From positions 2,382-66,381 of the IMG/VR virus record IMGVR_UViG_3300033149_004564: a stretch of DNA of 64,000 bases; one strand, written 5' to 3'. Position 1 is the stretch's first letter, and each line of letters opens with the position of its first letter. Below are positions 1 through 9,279 of this stretch, piece by piece. A program made the position numbers and the translations under genes. The DNA comes from a virus. The notes beneath the pieces were generated by a model. That model did not search any database, was not told the origin of the DNA, and saw only the letters and a program-made list of their open reading frames with translations.

Positions 1-3
1 ACC

Positions 4-91
4 GAAAACCGTGGCCTTTTTGGACTTTTTTGAGAATTAAAATTTAGAAAACAAAAATTTTTTTGAAAACCGTGGCCTTTTTGGACTTTTT
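4..91. repeat. 27-bp perfect direct repeat, 2 copies (4-30, 65-91)
   Basis: GAAAACCGTGGCCTTTTTGGACTTTTT occurs twice in AT-rich non-coding DNA at the window edge. Confidence 0.9.
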
Positions 92-503
92 AAAAAGATT
101 TTACATTTAATAAATATTTATTTTTTAAAAAACACAAAATAAATTAGCTTCTATTTAAAAATTCCCTAAGCGTTTTGTTCAAACTCTTTTTATCAAAGCC
201 TATTATCCAAGCCCCCTTTTGTATTAAGCAGTTATTTATAATTGTATCTTTCTTTAAAATGTAAGAATTTAATTTTTTCATAATTGATATAAATACCTTC
301 CTATTTTAGTGCGTTATAAAAATTGAAATTTATTTAAACCTTTAGTTTTAATTTTATCTATTAAATAATACAAATACCCCCGGGGGGTTAAAATCAGGAT
401 TTACTTTTTCTGAAAATACCCCCATACCCCTTTACGGTGGTGGGGGTAAAATTTAAAATTATAATTTTCCTAAAATATCCCCACACCCTTATTATTTAAT
501 TAT

Positions 504-821
504 TTAACTGTGCTTGGACATACCAAGCACAGTTAAATAATATCGTATCTCAGTTTTAATATTAATAGATTTTTCAAGTAAGTTATCTCTAATCATTCTT
601 TCAAGCACGGATTTTAAAGCATACTTAGAATTCTTCTTCTTACAATCTTTGTATGAGATTTTAAAATAAGCAGTAAATCTTTTTGATTCTTGTTCGTCAT
701 TTAATACAATAAAAGTTTTTCCCTTTTGTTTACGCCATACTTGTAACAACCAATCTATTTGTTTCTCATATACAGAACACTCTTTATTATACTTTTTATT
801 GTTGTACATATTATTTTTCAT
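504..821 (-). CDS. hypothetical basic protein, possible winged-helix
   Basis: 105-aa ORF on the coding strand; C-terminal 'RYYLTVLG' resembles a wHTH wing. Confidence 0.4.
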   Translation of the reverse strand: MKNNMYNNKKYNKECSVYEKQIDWLLQVWRKQKGKTFIVLNDEQESKRFTAYFKISYKDCKKKNSKYALKSVLERMIRDNLLEKSINIKTEIRYYLTVLGMSKHS

Positions 822-941
822 CTGTGCTTATCTCAATAGGTGGTTTTGTTTTAATCTCTGAAATATCAATGCTTCCATTTTGGTTTATCATAACAGACGC
901 TTCTGCTGTATAATCAATTCCATTTGAATAATCTATTACTA

Positions 942-1247
942 TTATTTTCTTTTAAAAAAATGAAAACCAAAACGCAATATTGCTATAAACATCCAATCAT
1001 CTTTTCTTAATATCTTAAATAAAAAATCTGTTTTTTCAACATAAATATCCCAATTTTTTGTTTTTATTTTTAAATTGCCCCTTATTTTAAATTTACTATC
1101 CCAATCTGATTCAACTACCATACAACAACAATTACATTTTATAATTTTTCCTTCGTGTTCTATATTCAATTCTATAAGATCACCAATTTTACAGAAGGGA
1201 CATTTTTTATTAAGATGGCGTTTTGATATAAGCTTATTTTTGTTCAT
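942..1247 (-). CDS. small Zn-ribbon protein
   Basis: CPFC...CNCC; SD AGGAG upstream. Confidence 0.55.
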   Translation of the reverse strand: MNKNKLISKRHLNKKCPFCKIGDLIELNIEHEGKIIKCNCCCMVVESDWDSKFKIRGNLKIKTKNWDIYVEKTDFLFKILRKDDWMFIAILRFGFHFFKRK

Positions 1248-1428
1248 TTTTATTCTCCTATCGTTTATTTTTTATTGCAGTAGAAATTGAAAATAAAGAA
1301 AAACAGATTGCAGCTACACAAACACAATTTGTGTAGCTTGGTGCTTGTTGTAAAGACAACCAAAGCGGTGGAGAATAAATTGAATACAACCCGAATAATA
1401 AAAGTATTACTGAAATTGCTTTCATTTG

Positions 1429-1743
1429 TTATTTCTCCTTTTTAATTTGTTCCATGGCTTTCTTTAAGTCTGATGGATAAATAATATTTAATACACAAAA
1501 AAGTACACATAAAATTAATACAAAACTGAGCACAGATAAAAATATCCAAGTGTACCACTCTAATGGTCCTGAGCACGAAAACGGATAATTAATAGCTCGA
1601 TTAGTTATTTCATCATATAAACATCCAATAAAAGCAACAATAAGACAAAGTCCAACAAAGCTACTAATTCTAACGCCCATATCCTGTGTATTCATCCGAT
1701 ACTCCAAATTAAGTTTGTTTGTTATTAGCCCTCTCAGAAGCAA
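1429..1743 (-). CDS. small membrane protein
   Basis: two hydrophobic segments. Confidence 0.5.
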   Translation of the reverse strand: MLLRGLITNKLNLEYRMNTQDMGVRISSFVGLCLIVAFIGCLYDEITNRAINYPFSCSGPLEWYTWIFLSVLSFVLILCVLFCVLNIIYPSDLKKAMEQIKKEK

Positions 1744-1855
1744 ACAGTTTGTTTAGACATGCTATCATCTCTTTTAGTTTTAAATCGCTCTGTAAGACTC
1801 TCAGCCGTTCCTATGCTGTGTTTTGTCTCTGAATTGTATTAGCTGAGTGTTGACA

Positions 1856-2074
1856 TTATTCACCCATTAAATTCGGTTCCCAAGATTTCATTGCACGTAA
1901 GCAGCCACCACAAAGTTCTGCACTTTTTCCATCTTTAATTAATAACAAAGCTTCTTGAAAAGTTATTGCAGCATTAAAAACAGGCAGACTTCGGGTACCA
2001 CAACAAAGGGAGCTTTCTGGAAATACTTTATTTTTCACATGAATTTTTTGTGTTTTATCTCTCAGTCTTGGCAT
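1856..2074 (-). CDS. hypothetical protein (Cys/His-rich)
   Basis: SD AAGGAG; H..LCC..CGGC. Confidence 0.5.
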   Translation of the reverse strand: MPRLRDKTQKIHVKNKVFPESSLCCGTRSLPVFNAAITFQEALLLIKDGKSAELCGGCLRAMKSWEPNLMGE

Positions 2075-2088
2075 TAAATTACTCCTTT

Positions 2089-2784
2089 CTAAAGTGGTGT
2101 GTCTGTTGATTCAAGTTGTTTCATTCGTTTTTTAATAAATTCTACCGCCTTGGGTAAAATTTGACACACCCTACTTTCAGAAACATTTAAAACAGCCCTG
2201 GCTTGTTTCATTGTAAATCCGTTTAAATAATAAAGTCTGAATGCTTTTCCTTGTTTAAAAGGTAGCTCATAAGAAACTTGTTTGATCAAATCAAGTCTCT
2301 CTTGTTTTATATATTCTTCTTCTATATCTACTTGTGGATCAATTAATGTATCAAGTAGGGTTCTTTTATTAAATGGATTATCTTCATAAAACTCCTTATC
2401 TATTGAATCAACCCGCCTAATATTTTGTTTGTGTCCTTTTCTACCAAGCTCTGCCCTAAAAAAATCTACTATAGCATAATTAGTTGCTTTCAACATTATA
2501 TATTTTGATAATTTATGTATTTTACCATTTTGAATACCAATAAATATTTTAAGAAAAGTATCATTTGCAATTTCCTCTGCTGATTCTCTTGCACAGATAT
2601 AGTAAGTTCTACTCATTGGTACAAATATATATTTAAAAATTAATCCCCAATATCTCCTCATAATTTCTTGTTGTGCTACATAATCTTTTTCAACAATATC
2701 AAGTAAAAGTGAATCAAGCCCTTTAAAGGTTAATCTATCCCAATTACTGGGCCAACCAAAACCCGCTGATGTTTTATATTTCAT
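2089..2784 (-). CDS. sigma-70 family RNA polymerase sigma factor (FliA/WhiG-like)
   Basis: region 2 'AEEIANDTFLK...AIVDFFR' and region 4 HTH 'TMKQARAVLNVSESRVCQI'. Confidence 0.85.
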   Translation of the reverse strand: MKYKTSAGFGWPSNWDRLTFKGLDSLLLDIVEKDYVAQQEIMRRYWGLIFKYIFVPMSRTYYICARESAEEIANDTFLKIFIGIQNGKIHKLSKYIMLKATNYAIVDFFRAELGRKGHKQNIRRVDSIDKEFYEDNPFNKRTLLDTLIDPQVDIEEEYIKQERLDLIKQVSYELPFKQGKAFRLYYLNGFTMKQARAVLNVSESRVCQILPKAVEFIKKRMKQLESTDTPL

Positions 2785-2981
2785 TGATCAATTCCTATTA
2801 TTTCTTTATCTACAACATAATAATTATTTAAAGCATCACTTTGAATAATATAAAAACCAGCAACAATTTCTTTTATTCTTCCAACACAAATACCTAATTC
2901 ATTTTTATTAGTGGCATTTGAAATATCAATTTTGAATTTAACTCTGCCTCCAATTTTATATTTATTCATATATTTCTCCAA
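2781..2981 (-). CDS. small SH3-like hypothetical protein
   Basis: 'YKIGGRVKF...GRIKEI'; overlaps the sigma start (coupled). Confidence 0.45.
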   Translation of the reverse strand: MEKYMNKYKIGGRVKFKIDISNATNKNELGICVGRIKEIVAGFYIIQSDALNNYYVVDKEIIGIDQ

Positions 2982-2982
2982 T

Positions 2983-3588
2983 TCATTTTAAAAAACCCCC
3001 ACTATTTTGTTTTTCTTCAATTTCACGCCAAAGTCCTTCGTTCATCAAACAATACACCCTTAAGTCATTCATTGTATCTCTAACGGTTTCAGAATCAATT
3101 TTTAATTCATTTGCTGTAAGAACCTGTATTGCTCGTTTTAATTTATCAAGTGAGCGCGTAAGAATACCAATTAAACCTAAATCTCTAAATGAATCTCTAT
3201 AATCTGTATTTTTTGCAATAAATATTTTTATGTCTGCTTTTTGAATTTCTTTTAATAGAGCAACAAAATCAGGATTGGTATTTTTCATTGCTACTGCATT
3301 AAACTTCTCAATTATATATAACATAAAAAGTTCTGCTGATTCTGTTCTTTTTCCTGTAAATTCTAATTCTCCTTTATTTGTAACTTCTAATCTACCAATT
3401 TCTTTATCATTTTCATCATTAAAAACAAGCAACGATGAAATATGCGGTTTGTTCTTTATAACTTTTATTTCATTTTTAATTTCGTTTATGCTTTGGCCTA
3501 CAGGTTTGCTTTTAGGACGAGGCACAGTTGGATAATTATTTGTACCGCCCTTAAAACATTTACCCTCTTGAATTTTACTTGTTTTCAT
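2983..3588 (-). CDS. protein with C-terminal DUF1599 (nucleotide-modification-associated, MazG-like fold) domain
   Basis: 'KNTDYRDSF..LGLIGILTRSLDKLKR...ETVRDTMNDLRVY'. Confidence 0.7.
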   Translation of the reverse strand: MKTSKIQEGKCFKGGTNNYPTVPRPKSKPVGQSINEIKNEIKVIKNKPHISSLLVFNDENDKEIGRLEVTNKGELEFTGKRTESAELFMLYIIEKFNAVAMKNTNPDFVALLKEIQKADIKIFIAKNTDYRDSFRDLGLIGILTRSLDKLKRAIQVLTANELKIDSETVRDTMNDLRVYCLMNEGLWREIEEKQNSGGFLK

Positions 3589-3592
3589 TCTT

Positions 3593-3952
3593 TTAATCCT
3601 CCAGGTTAGCCAGCTTGCAGATTGCTGAGATTATGGATACGCGAAGCTCCCGTGGAGCCGAAAAAAACCAGCTTGTCCACTCGTAGTGCGCCCGCTCTTG
3701 GGTTGTGTATTTCGCTGCCACCGCAAACCAGCCCCCTATCAGCACTTCAAGCCGGACTTCGTTCTCGTTGTGGGGGTCACACCAGTCAATCGCGCCGCCC
3801 TTGAACGCCGGTTCAAGATCACACCCCACATAGTAATCACCGACATATAGTCCGGGGTAGTAATCATCCTCCCGTGTTTCCTGTACTGCTTCCAGTGCCA
3901 GCCAGAACGCTGGTCGGTTAGCTTGTTTCATTGGCTGCCACCTTGTCTCCAC
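3593..3952 (-). CDS. hypothetical protein
   Basis: 119-aa ORF coupled to the upstream gene. Confidence 0.5.
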   Translation of the reverse strand: METRWQPMKQANRPAFWLALEAVQETREDDYYPGLYVGDYYVGCDLEPAFKGGAIDWCDPHNENEVRLEVLIGGWFAVAAKYTTQERAHYEWTSWFFSAPRELRVSIISAICKLANLED

Positions 3953-4452
3953 ATCAAAATATAGTGAAAAATTGTTTGTTCTATCCCAGATGCATTCATT
4001 CTCACCGGCTTTCTTTTAATTCGCAGCCGCTGTCCCGTTGCCGTCACTTCTATTAATCCACACTCCGGCGAAAGCCGGTTTATTTCGCTCTTACTAAGCA
4101 TTCCATTGGGAACGGCAAAATAAAACTGGTTGCAATACGGCCAGTAATCCGGGAATTTTCTGTCACCGTAGAAATCGGCCCGGCTGCATTTAATCTCATA
4201 GGCAATAGTATTTACCATGCCGTTCTTTTCGCGCCGCAATGCCCACACGTCTATCCTCCCAGGGTCAAAAGACACTAAAGCCGCCATCTGTTTCCTGTAA
4301 CTATTCATCGCCTTGTGGTCAAGAGGCAATGCAGCCACCTGCCTCTGCCGCTCAGTGTACCCCTTACAACCCACACCCGTTTTGCATTGGGGCAGACAAA
4401 AATCTCGGCGATGCCTCTTAATCAAGAGGGCCGTTATGTCGGCTTCTTTCAT
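3928..4452 (-). CDS. MmcB-like PD-(D/E)XK nuclease
   Basis: 'RIDVWAL...AYEIKCSRADFYGD.K..DYWPYCNQFYFAVP...CGLIEV'. Confidence 0.75.
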   Translation of the reverse strand: MKEADITALLIKRHRRDFCLPQCKTGVGCKGYTERQRQVAALPLDHKAMNSYRKQMAALVSFDPGRIDVWALRREKNGMVNTIAYEIKCSRADFYGDRKFPDYWPYCNQFYFAVPNGMLSKSEINRLSPECGLIEVTATGQRLRIKRKPVRMNASGIEQTIFHYILMWRQGGSQ

Positions 4453-4837
4453 TGTCGTTACCTCTATTCAATTCAATGGTCATCGTTCTATTCCGCTTGT
4501 TAGCCAAGCATTTCTGGTATTTCTCAACTTCTGCCACTTGATCCCTGTTTTTATCGCTTCCTTTCCACCATCGCTTAATTACGCGAAAGATAACGTATAC
4601 TACCAACAGTTGGACGGCAATTAAGGCTATAATAATACAAAAGTCAAAGTCGGTAGGATACATTCCGCCATCCAAGCCGTAAAAGATATTCCCGTCCTTA
4701 TCAACAACAACCCCTTCCGATGTCATTGTTAACTCCCCCACAGGATTAGACAAGCCCCACCAAGTGCCAGCAGGAAACCAATGCTTATTCCCGTGAGCAC
4801 ACCTCGCCAGTAATCTGGGCGCGAGCATTGTTGTCAT
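4418..4837 (-). CDS. membrane protein
   Basis: single TM segment; coupled to neighbours. Confidence 0.45.
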   Translation of the reverse strand: MTTMLAPRLLARCAHGNKHWFPAGTWWGLSNPVGELTMTSEGVVVDKDGNIFYGLDGGMYPTDFDFCIIIALIAVQLLVVYVIFRVIKRWWKGSDKNRDQVAEVEKYQKCLANKRNRTMTIELNRGNDNERSRHNGPLD

Positions 4838-5163
4838 TCATCGGTTGTTTCCTCATCAGTGGGCGGGTCTTTAGTATATGTTGCTTCAAAAACATCCCTC
4901 TTGCAAGGATATAGTTCACCCTTAATCCCACGGATCAAAACATCTTTGCCGGGGTCATACTTATGCGTCCCCTCAAGCGTGGTAATTTCGAGGGGTACTG
5001 GTGGGGCGGCAAATTCAACTTGCACAGGTCGTTTCCAGCACCTAAACCACTCAGCGGATTCCACAGCCTCACGAATCTCAACCTCTTTTGCAGCCATGCA
5101 ATCGGAATAGCCATCACTCATTATTCTCTCCTTCGACGGGCTGGCCCTTGAGGTAAGCGTCAA
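4834..5163 (-). CDS. PGDYG-like phage protein
   Basis: 'ITTLEG...PGKDVLIRGIKGELYPCKRDVFEATY'. Confidence 0.7.
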   Translation of the reverse strand: MTLTSRASPSKERIMSDGYSDCMAAKEVEIREAVESAEWFRCWKRPVQVEFAAPPVPLEITTLEGTHKYDPGKDVLIRGIKGELYPCKRDVFEATYTKDPPTDEETTDE

Positions 5164-5344
5164 GTCGGCAGCCGGGAGCGTGGCCGCTTAAATTGCCATG
5201 AAAGCAGATAGGGCATCCGTCCCTTGCGCTCCACTCCAACTCCCGCAGCAGGGCGTTGGCCTCATCCCGTTCTTTCTTTGCCTTGGCAAACTCAGTGTGG
5301 AGTTTCGCAATTTCATAGCCCGTTTGAGTCATTTCCCCCCCCAC
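5114..5344 (-). CDS. small Zn-finger protein
   Basis: CPIC...H..GC. Confidence 0.55.
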   Translation of the reverse strand: MGGEMTQTGYEIAKLHTEFAKAKKERDEANALLRELEWSARDGCPICFHGNLSGHAPGCRLDAYLKGQPVEGENNE

Positions 5345-5682
5345 GCAAGTCTCTCTGTAAGCTTCTCGTTAATATCTTGCAAGTGCGCTACGTCCAGCGT
5401 AGTATTACAGGCCGGACACCAATACTCTCCAGGCTCAGCCACGTAACCCTTGTCAGCCTTCATCCAAGTAAACTCACCTTGATAACCACAAGCAGGACAC
5501 TTGGCGGTGAGAAAGTGCTGTAGACGCTTCTTTGTTTCGGCAAGCTCCTCCTTCATCGCGTACCACTGTTCACGAGTGGCCTTGAGCGTTCCAAGTGCGT
5601 TGCCCAATTCTTGCCCAAGCCCTTTGATCCGTTCCAACGCCTCCACCAGTTCACCCTCTGTTTGTTTATGATCCTGTGGCAT
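5329..5682 (-). CDS. coiled-coil plus Zn-ribbon protein
   Basis: heptad pattern, then CPACG...CPAC. Confidence 0.6.
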   Translation of the reverse strand: MPQDHKQTEGELVEALERIKGLGQELGNALGTLKATREQWYAMKEELAETKKRLQHFLTAKCPACGYQGEFTWMKADKGYVAEPGEYWCPACNTTLDVAHLQDINEKLTERLAWGGK

Positions 5683-5685
5683 TAC

Positions 5686-6006
5686 TCACCCTCCGGCTCT
5701 GTATTTGAACACCAATACCAACCAAACTGTATTGACCACAACGATTAGCACCCCACCAGCAAAACTGAACCATTGGTCAAGTGACGGATAATAGTATAGG
5801 TTCCACATTCCCCACGCCGTGAAAAAACATACTGGCAACCAGCTTACCCCCGCGACTACTTTGTCAATTAGGAGCCGCCTGACATTCAGCGTTAGTAAAG
5901 CCGCACCAACCAATTCAAAGCAACCGTTGATCAAGTCATTGTGCTGCACTATTCCTCCAATGCTCTCGCAATCTTCCTGTTTATCTCTTCCTGTGTTCCC
6001 ATCCAT
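5686..6006 (-). CDS. PQ-loop/SemiSWEET-like 3-TM membrane protein (true start probably near 5949)
   Basis: 'RLLIDKVVAGVSWLP..FFTAWGMWNLYYY'; three hydrophobic helices. Confidence 0.6.
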   Translation of the reverse strand: MDGNTGRDKQEDCESIGGIVQHNDLINGCFELVGAALLTLNVRRLLIDKVVAGVSWLPVCFFTAWGMWNLYYYPSLDQWFSFAGGVLIVVVNTVWLVLVFKYRAGG

Positions 6007-6290
6007 TTAGCAATCACTGCAAGACCCCGGTTGATTCGTATGACGTACAGCGTTAGCGTTGCAATGGCTCCTGTAAGAACGCCAACTATAGCGAGTTCCA
6101 TTTATTCCTCCGGCTTAAAGGGTATTTCTTGCTCCTACGGAACATCATCCCAGTCTAATGAATCAGGGCGCTTGTCTTCTACCAGTAGATTCCCTAACAA
6201 CGCAAAGAGCATTGGGGGAATTACAGTAATAACCAAACAGCCGAGGACTATCCATTCCGCAACCATGCGCAACATCCGCAATAAGAACAT

Positions 6291-6815
6291 TTATTCCTCC
6301 GGCTCAAAGGATATTTTGTAGCGGGTGAAGGTTTCCCAACAGGTATCTACAACAGCCCCAATGTCCAGTGTGTCTACCCGTACCAGCCGCCGACTCCCTG
6401 CGTATGTTAGTGATAAGGGGCAGGGCACTACTTTATAATCAACCACAGCCACCACATGCGCCCGCGCCAGCTTCGCCTCAAGGCTGTCGATACGGGCCGC
6501 ATCAGACATTATGGGAGTGGTGCTCTTGACCACCCCAAAAGTATAAGCCGTGCCCTTTTCAAGAACCACACTTTTAGAGTGTGTGGCGAGGTCATCGCGG
6601 ATATCCTCGCGGACATCCTCCACTATTCGTATCAACTCAAAGTCTTTTTCCATGAGATTGCGCCACAGCCAGGGGAACCCTTTGCGAATCGAGCCGTCAG
6701 GATAGTGTACAATTACATCATCACAGGCCGTATCTCTTATCACTATGACGCTATCCATCCGCGCCATTCCCGGCAACGCACACAGGAGCAGGGCTGCCAC
6801 GAGTAGTCTAATCAT
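6291..6815 (-). CDS. signal-peptide protein, paralog A
   Basis: MIRLLVAALLLCALPGMA; shares N- and C-terminal blocks with 7755-8333. Confidence 0.7.
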   Translation of the reverse strand: MIRLLVAALLLCALPGMARMDSVIVIRDTACDDVIVHYPDGSIRKGFPWLWRNLMEKDFELIRIVEDVREDIRDDLATHSKSVVLEKGTAYTFGVVKSTTPIMSDAARIDSLEAKLARAHVVAVVDYKVVPCPLSLTYAGSRRLVRVDTLDIGAVVDTCWETFTRYKISFEPEE

Positions 6816-7338
6816 TGGTTGCCTTCCTTTCGGCCAACCAGAGCAGGATGGCGATGTAGGCTTCGGGTTCGGTGCTGGCGGTCTTCTCAAACGGCTTACC
6901 CTTCTTGCAATAAAGAGTAGGGATTAAACTCACTTTGTGTTCTTTTAACGTGCCCTGTGTCTCGCTAACCCACTCATCATACTCATAGCGTAGTTTATAT
7001 CTTAAACCACACATCTCTCGCACCTTATCGCTGATTTGTTTCTGCCAATAAGGATTCCGATAATTACAATGCCTTGCTTCCACAAGGTCCATACCAGAAG
7101 TGCCAGATTTGACAAGGCCGCTAAGAAACTCGCTTCTACTTCCCTCTATTTCCCCCAGCGCCCTTGCTATCTCCTCGCTGTCAGCGTACCCTTGCCGTGT
7201 CGGTATAATGTCACACTCGCAATCCTCAAAATGACGGTGACACTTATCGCAGGTACATTCAATGCCCCCTGTCTTGCTGTCAGTCATCAGCTGCCTCCAA
7301 TGTCTCACATAGAGCAGGAATCGGGCTATCGGCTTCAC
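6808..7338 (-). CDS. hypothetical protein
   Basis: 176-aa ORF ending 'STEPEAYIAILLWL', a common phage C-terminal motif. Confidence 0.5.
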   Translation of the reverse strand: MKPIARFLLYVRHWRQLMTDSKTGGIECTCDKCHRHFEDCECDIIPTRQGYADSEEIARALGEIEGSRSEFLSGLVKSGTSGMDLVEARHCNYRNPYWQKQISDKVREMCGLRYKLRYEYDEWVSETQGTLKEHKVSLIPTLYCKKGKPFEKTASTEPEAYIAILLWLAERKATND

Positions 7339-7754
7339 CTACCAAATAAGCCCGAATCGCGCTTGGTATCTCTTCCAGAATTGTTGTTTTAGTTCTGATC
7401 TCTGTCGTGGCCAAGTACCGCTCACGCGCCGCAACAATCAACCGAGGAAGCCAGAAGTAAGGATCGAGAGTTGCACTATTTTTTCTATCAAAGGCTTTTG
7501 GATTACAATAATGATTCCTTTTTAGCTTCAACACCCTTGTGCACCGTTCGGCCTCAGCCTGCATTAGCTGTTTCATCTCCACACTCCTATCCAGCCCGGA
7601 TTACCAAAGCAAACCTCGCGCTTATATGTTTGCTGATAGCCACACTTGGTGCAGGTTCGTACTTGCCCCAACTCAGGATCATGCAGTGTAGGATACTTCC
7701 ACTTATGGTCACACCGAGCAGATGTTCCGGTAGTCCAGCTATGCGTTAGCCGTT

Positions 7755-8333
7755 TCATCTCACCTCTGGCTCAAAGGAGATTTCGTAGCGAGTAAAATAG
7801 TGCATCTCTCTTGTTGTATATTCAGTGCCCTCAATCGGAATCGACTCCCGTCCTTGCTGCATATATGCTCTGCGTGTTATTATTGCCATGCCAGAATCGG
7901 GTATTGCCACCACATGCGCCCGCTTCAGCACGGCCTCAAGGCTGTCAACCCTGTTCATCGTTTCATCGGCGGCTGCGAGGCGGGACGACACGCCTATCAT
8001 CCATCTTTGGAACACAGCAAACTGTGGGTCGTTATACCTTGCCTCTGGCAGCAAAGTTAAAAGTCTTGCCATTTGATCCTCAAGGCTATCGGTGCGGGCC
8101 TCAAGCTTGATAATTGTACTATCTACAACAGACATTTGCATAGGGGGCAGTAGCAAATCCCACCGCAGTGGCGCAGAACCCTCCTCTAACGAGATTCTCC
8201 GAACACGGGTAGATATTATCGAACTTATGGTATCGGGCCGGAAGCGATACCAAACCTCATGGTCATCCTGCGCCATTCCCGGCAGCGCACACAACAGCAG
8301 GGCCAATGTGGTTAGTATAATTAGCTGTTTCAT
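7755..8333 (-). CDS. signal-peptide protein, paralog B
   Basis: MKQLIILTTLALLLCALPGMA; 'DSLEAVLKRAHVVA'; ends FTRYEISFEPE. Confidence 0.7.
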   Translation of the reverse strand: MKQLIILTTLALLLCALPGMAQDDHEVWYRFRPDTISSIISTRVRRISLEEGSAPLRWDLLLPPMQMSVVDSTIIKLEARTDSLEDQMARLLTLLPEARYNDPQFAVFQRWMIGVSSRLAAADETMNRVDSLEAVLKRAHVVAIPDSGMAIITRRAYMQQGRESIPIEGTEYTTREMHYFTRYEISFEPEVR

Positions 8334-8461
8334 TTGTTCTTCCCCTTCTTGTCTCTCAGTTTCAGCGCACTCATAACATCTTCGTAAGGCATGTCGATAT
8401 ATATCCATTTACCATACAGATATATCATAGAACTGGTGCCCTTCATTGTGCTTTTGGCGGC

Positions 8462-8695
8462 CTACACAAACGACGGTTTAACGAATAGCGTTATCGTTCT
8501 GCCCTTGAGTTCTACAGGTCTATATTCAGCCTCAATATCTCTCATAATTTGGGCGGTGTTCCTGTTTTTATCCACAGGGAAAGATGTGGCAGTGGTCCGA
8601 AGCGTAGGCTTTGGCAGATGAATATAAGGCGGTGGCTGTTCTGTGGCGCACCCAACTAACAGGACAAAAAGCAAAATCAGCATTAAGTATCTCAT
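8462..8695 (-). CDS. small lipoprotein
   Basis: signal peptide II with lipobox LVGC. Confidence 0.6.
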   Translation of the reverse strand: MRYLMLILLFVLLVGCATEQPPPYIHLPKPTLRTTATSFPVDKNRNTAQIMRDIEAEYRPVELKGRTITLFVKPSFV

Positions 8696-9115
8696 GTTTT
8701 CAACCCCAGATAAATGGCAAATAGTCTAATCATTTTTTCATTTCCATTTCTATTAAATATTTATTTGTTGTTCCCGTTTCATAATTGTTACAGGAATTGA
8801 ACAAGATATAAAAATCAATATTATAAAAAATAATACTTTATTCATAATTGATAAACCCTATCTAAAATTTTTTATTATAATGAACAGTCAATAAAACAAA
8901 TCAATATGCAAATAAATAAAGCAATAAAAAGTATAATTTCTTTGCCAGTTATTCTACCCATTTGATTCTCTCGCTGAGAAAAGGTTTTAGAAATAACAAG
9001 ATAAAACTTAACAAATAAAAATATTATAATTACTGGCATAACTATCTGCATTCTAACACCAATAAACTCTATAGTTGATTCTAACATTATTTATCCTAAA
9101 TTAAAAAAAGTAAAA

Positions 9116-9197
9116 AGAAGAGAAGCGGTATCACCTTGGGTTATCAATAGTCACGCCAGCTATTTTAGTACGACCCAAGCTCCCATGCTTCTCTTCT
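9116..9197 (-). ncRNA. stem-closed structured RNA or leader candidate
   Basis: 11-bp terminal inverted repeat AGAAGAGAAGC/GCTTCTCTTCT plus inner CTTGGGT/ACCCAAG; just downstream of a phage promoter motif. Confidence 0.45.
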
Positions 9198-9217
9198 CCG
9201 AATAAATATTTTTTACC

Positions 9218-9233
9218 CTCTATTATATTATAC
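9218..9233 (-). promoter_or_regulatory. conserved phage promoter motif copy (GTATAATATARTAGAG)
   Basis: near-identical to copies at 10993, 18003, 26723 and 35489. Confidence 0.7.
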
Positions 9234-9279
9234 TAAATTTTGGGAAAACTAAGATGTAAATTTATAAAGTTTTTTTATC

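Larger units (their letters stand above)
3593..8695 (-). other. GC-richer accessory island of tightly coupled small genes
   Basis: abrupt visible GC increase relative to flanks; ~15 short overlapping ORFs, including Zn-finger and membrane proteins. Confidence 0.75.

Noticed and set aside
4-91. CRISPR array (27-bp repeat, 34-bp spacer)
   Set aside because: Only two copies, a low-complexity spacer and no cas genes; an array extending left of the window cannot be excluded
6102-6290. TAG recoding suggested by a conserved tail after a TAG
   Set aside because: Long core genes are intact in code 11, TAG ends several genes cleanly and no suppressor tRNA is seen
6291-8333. Diversity-generating retroelement TR/VR pair
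   Set aside because: Differences are not adenine-specific and there is no reverse transcriptase in the window
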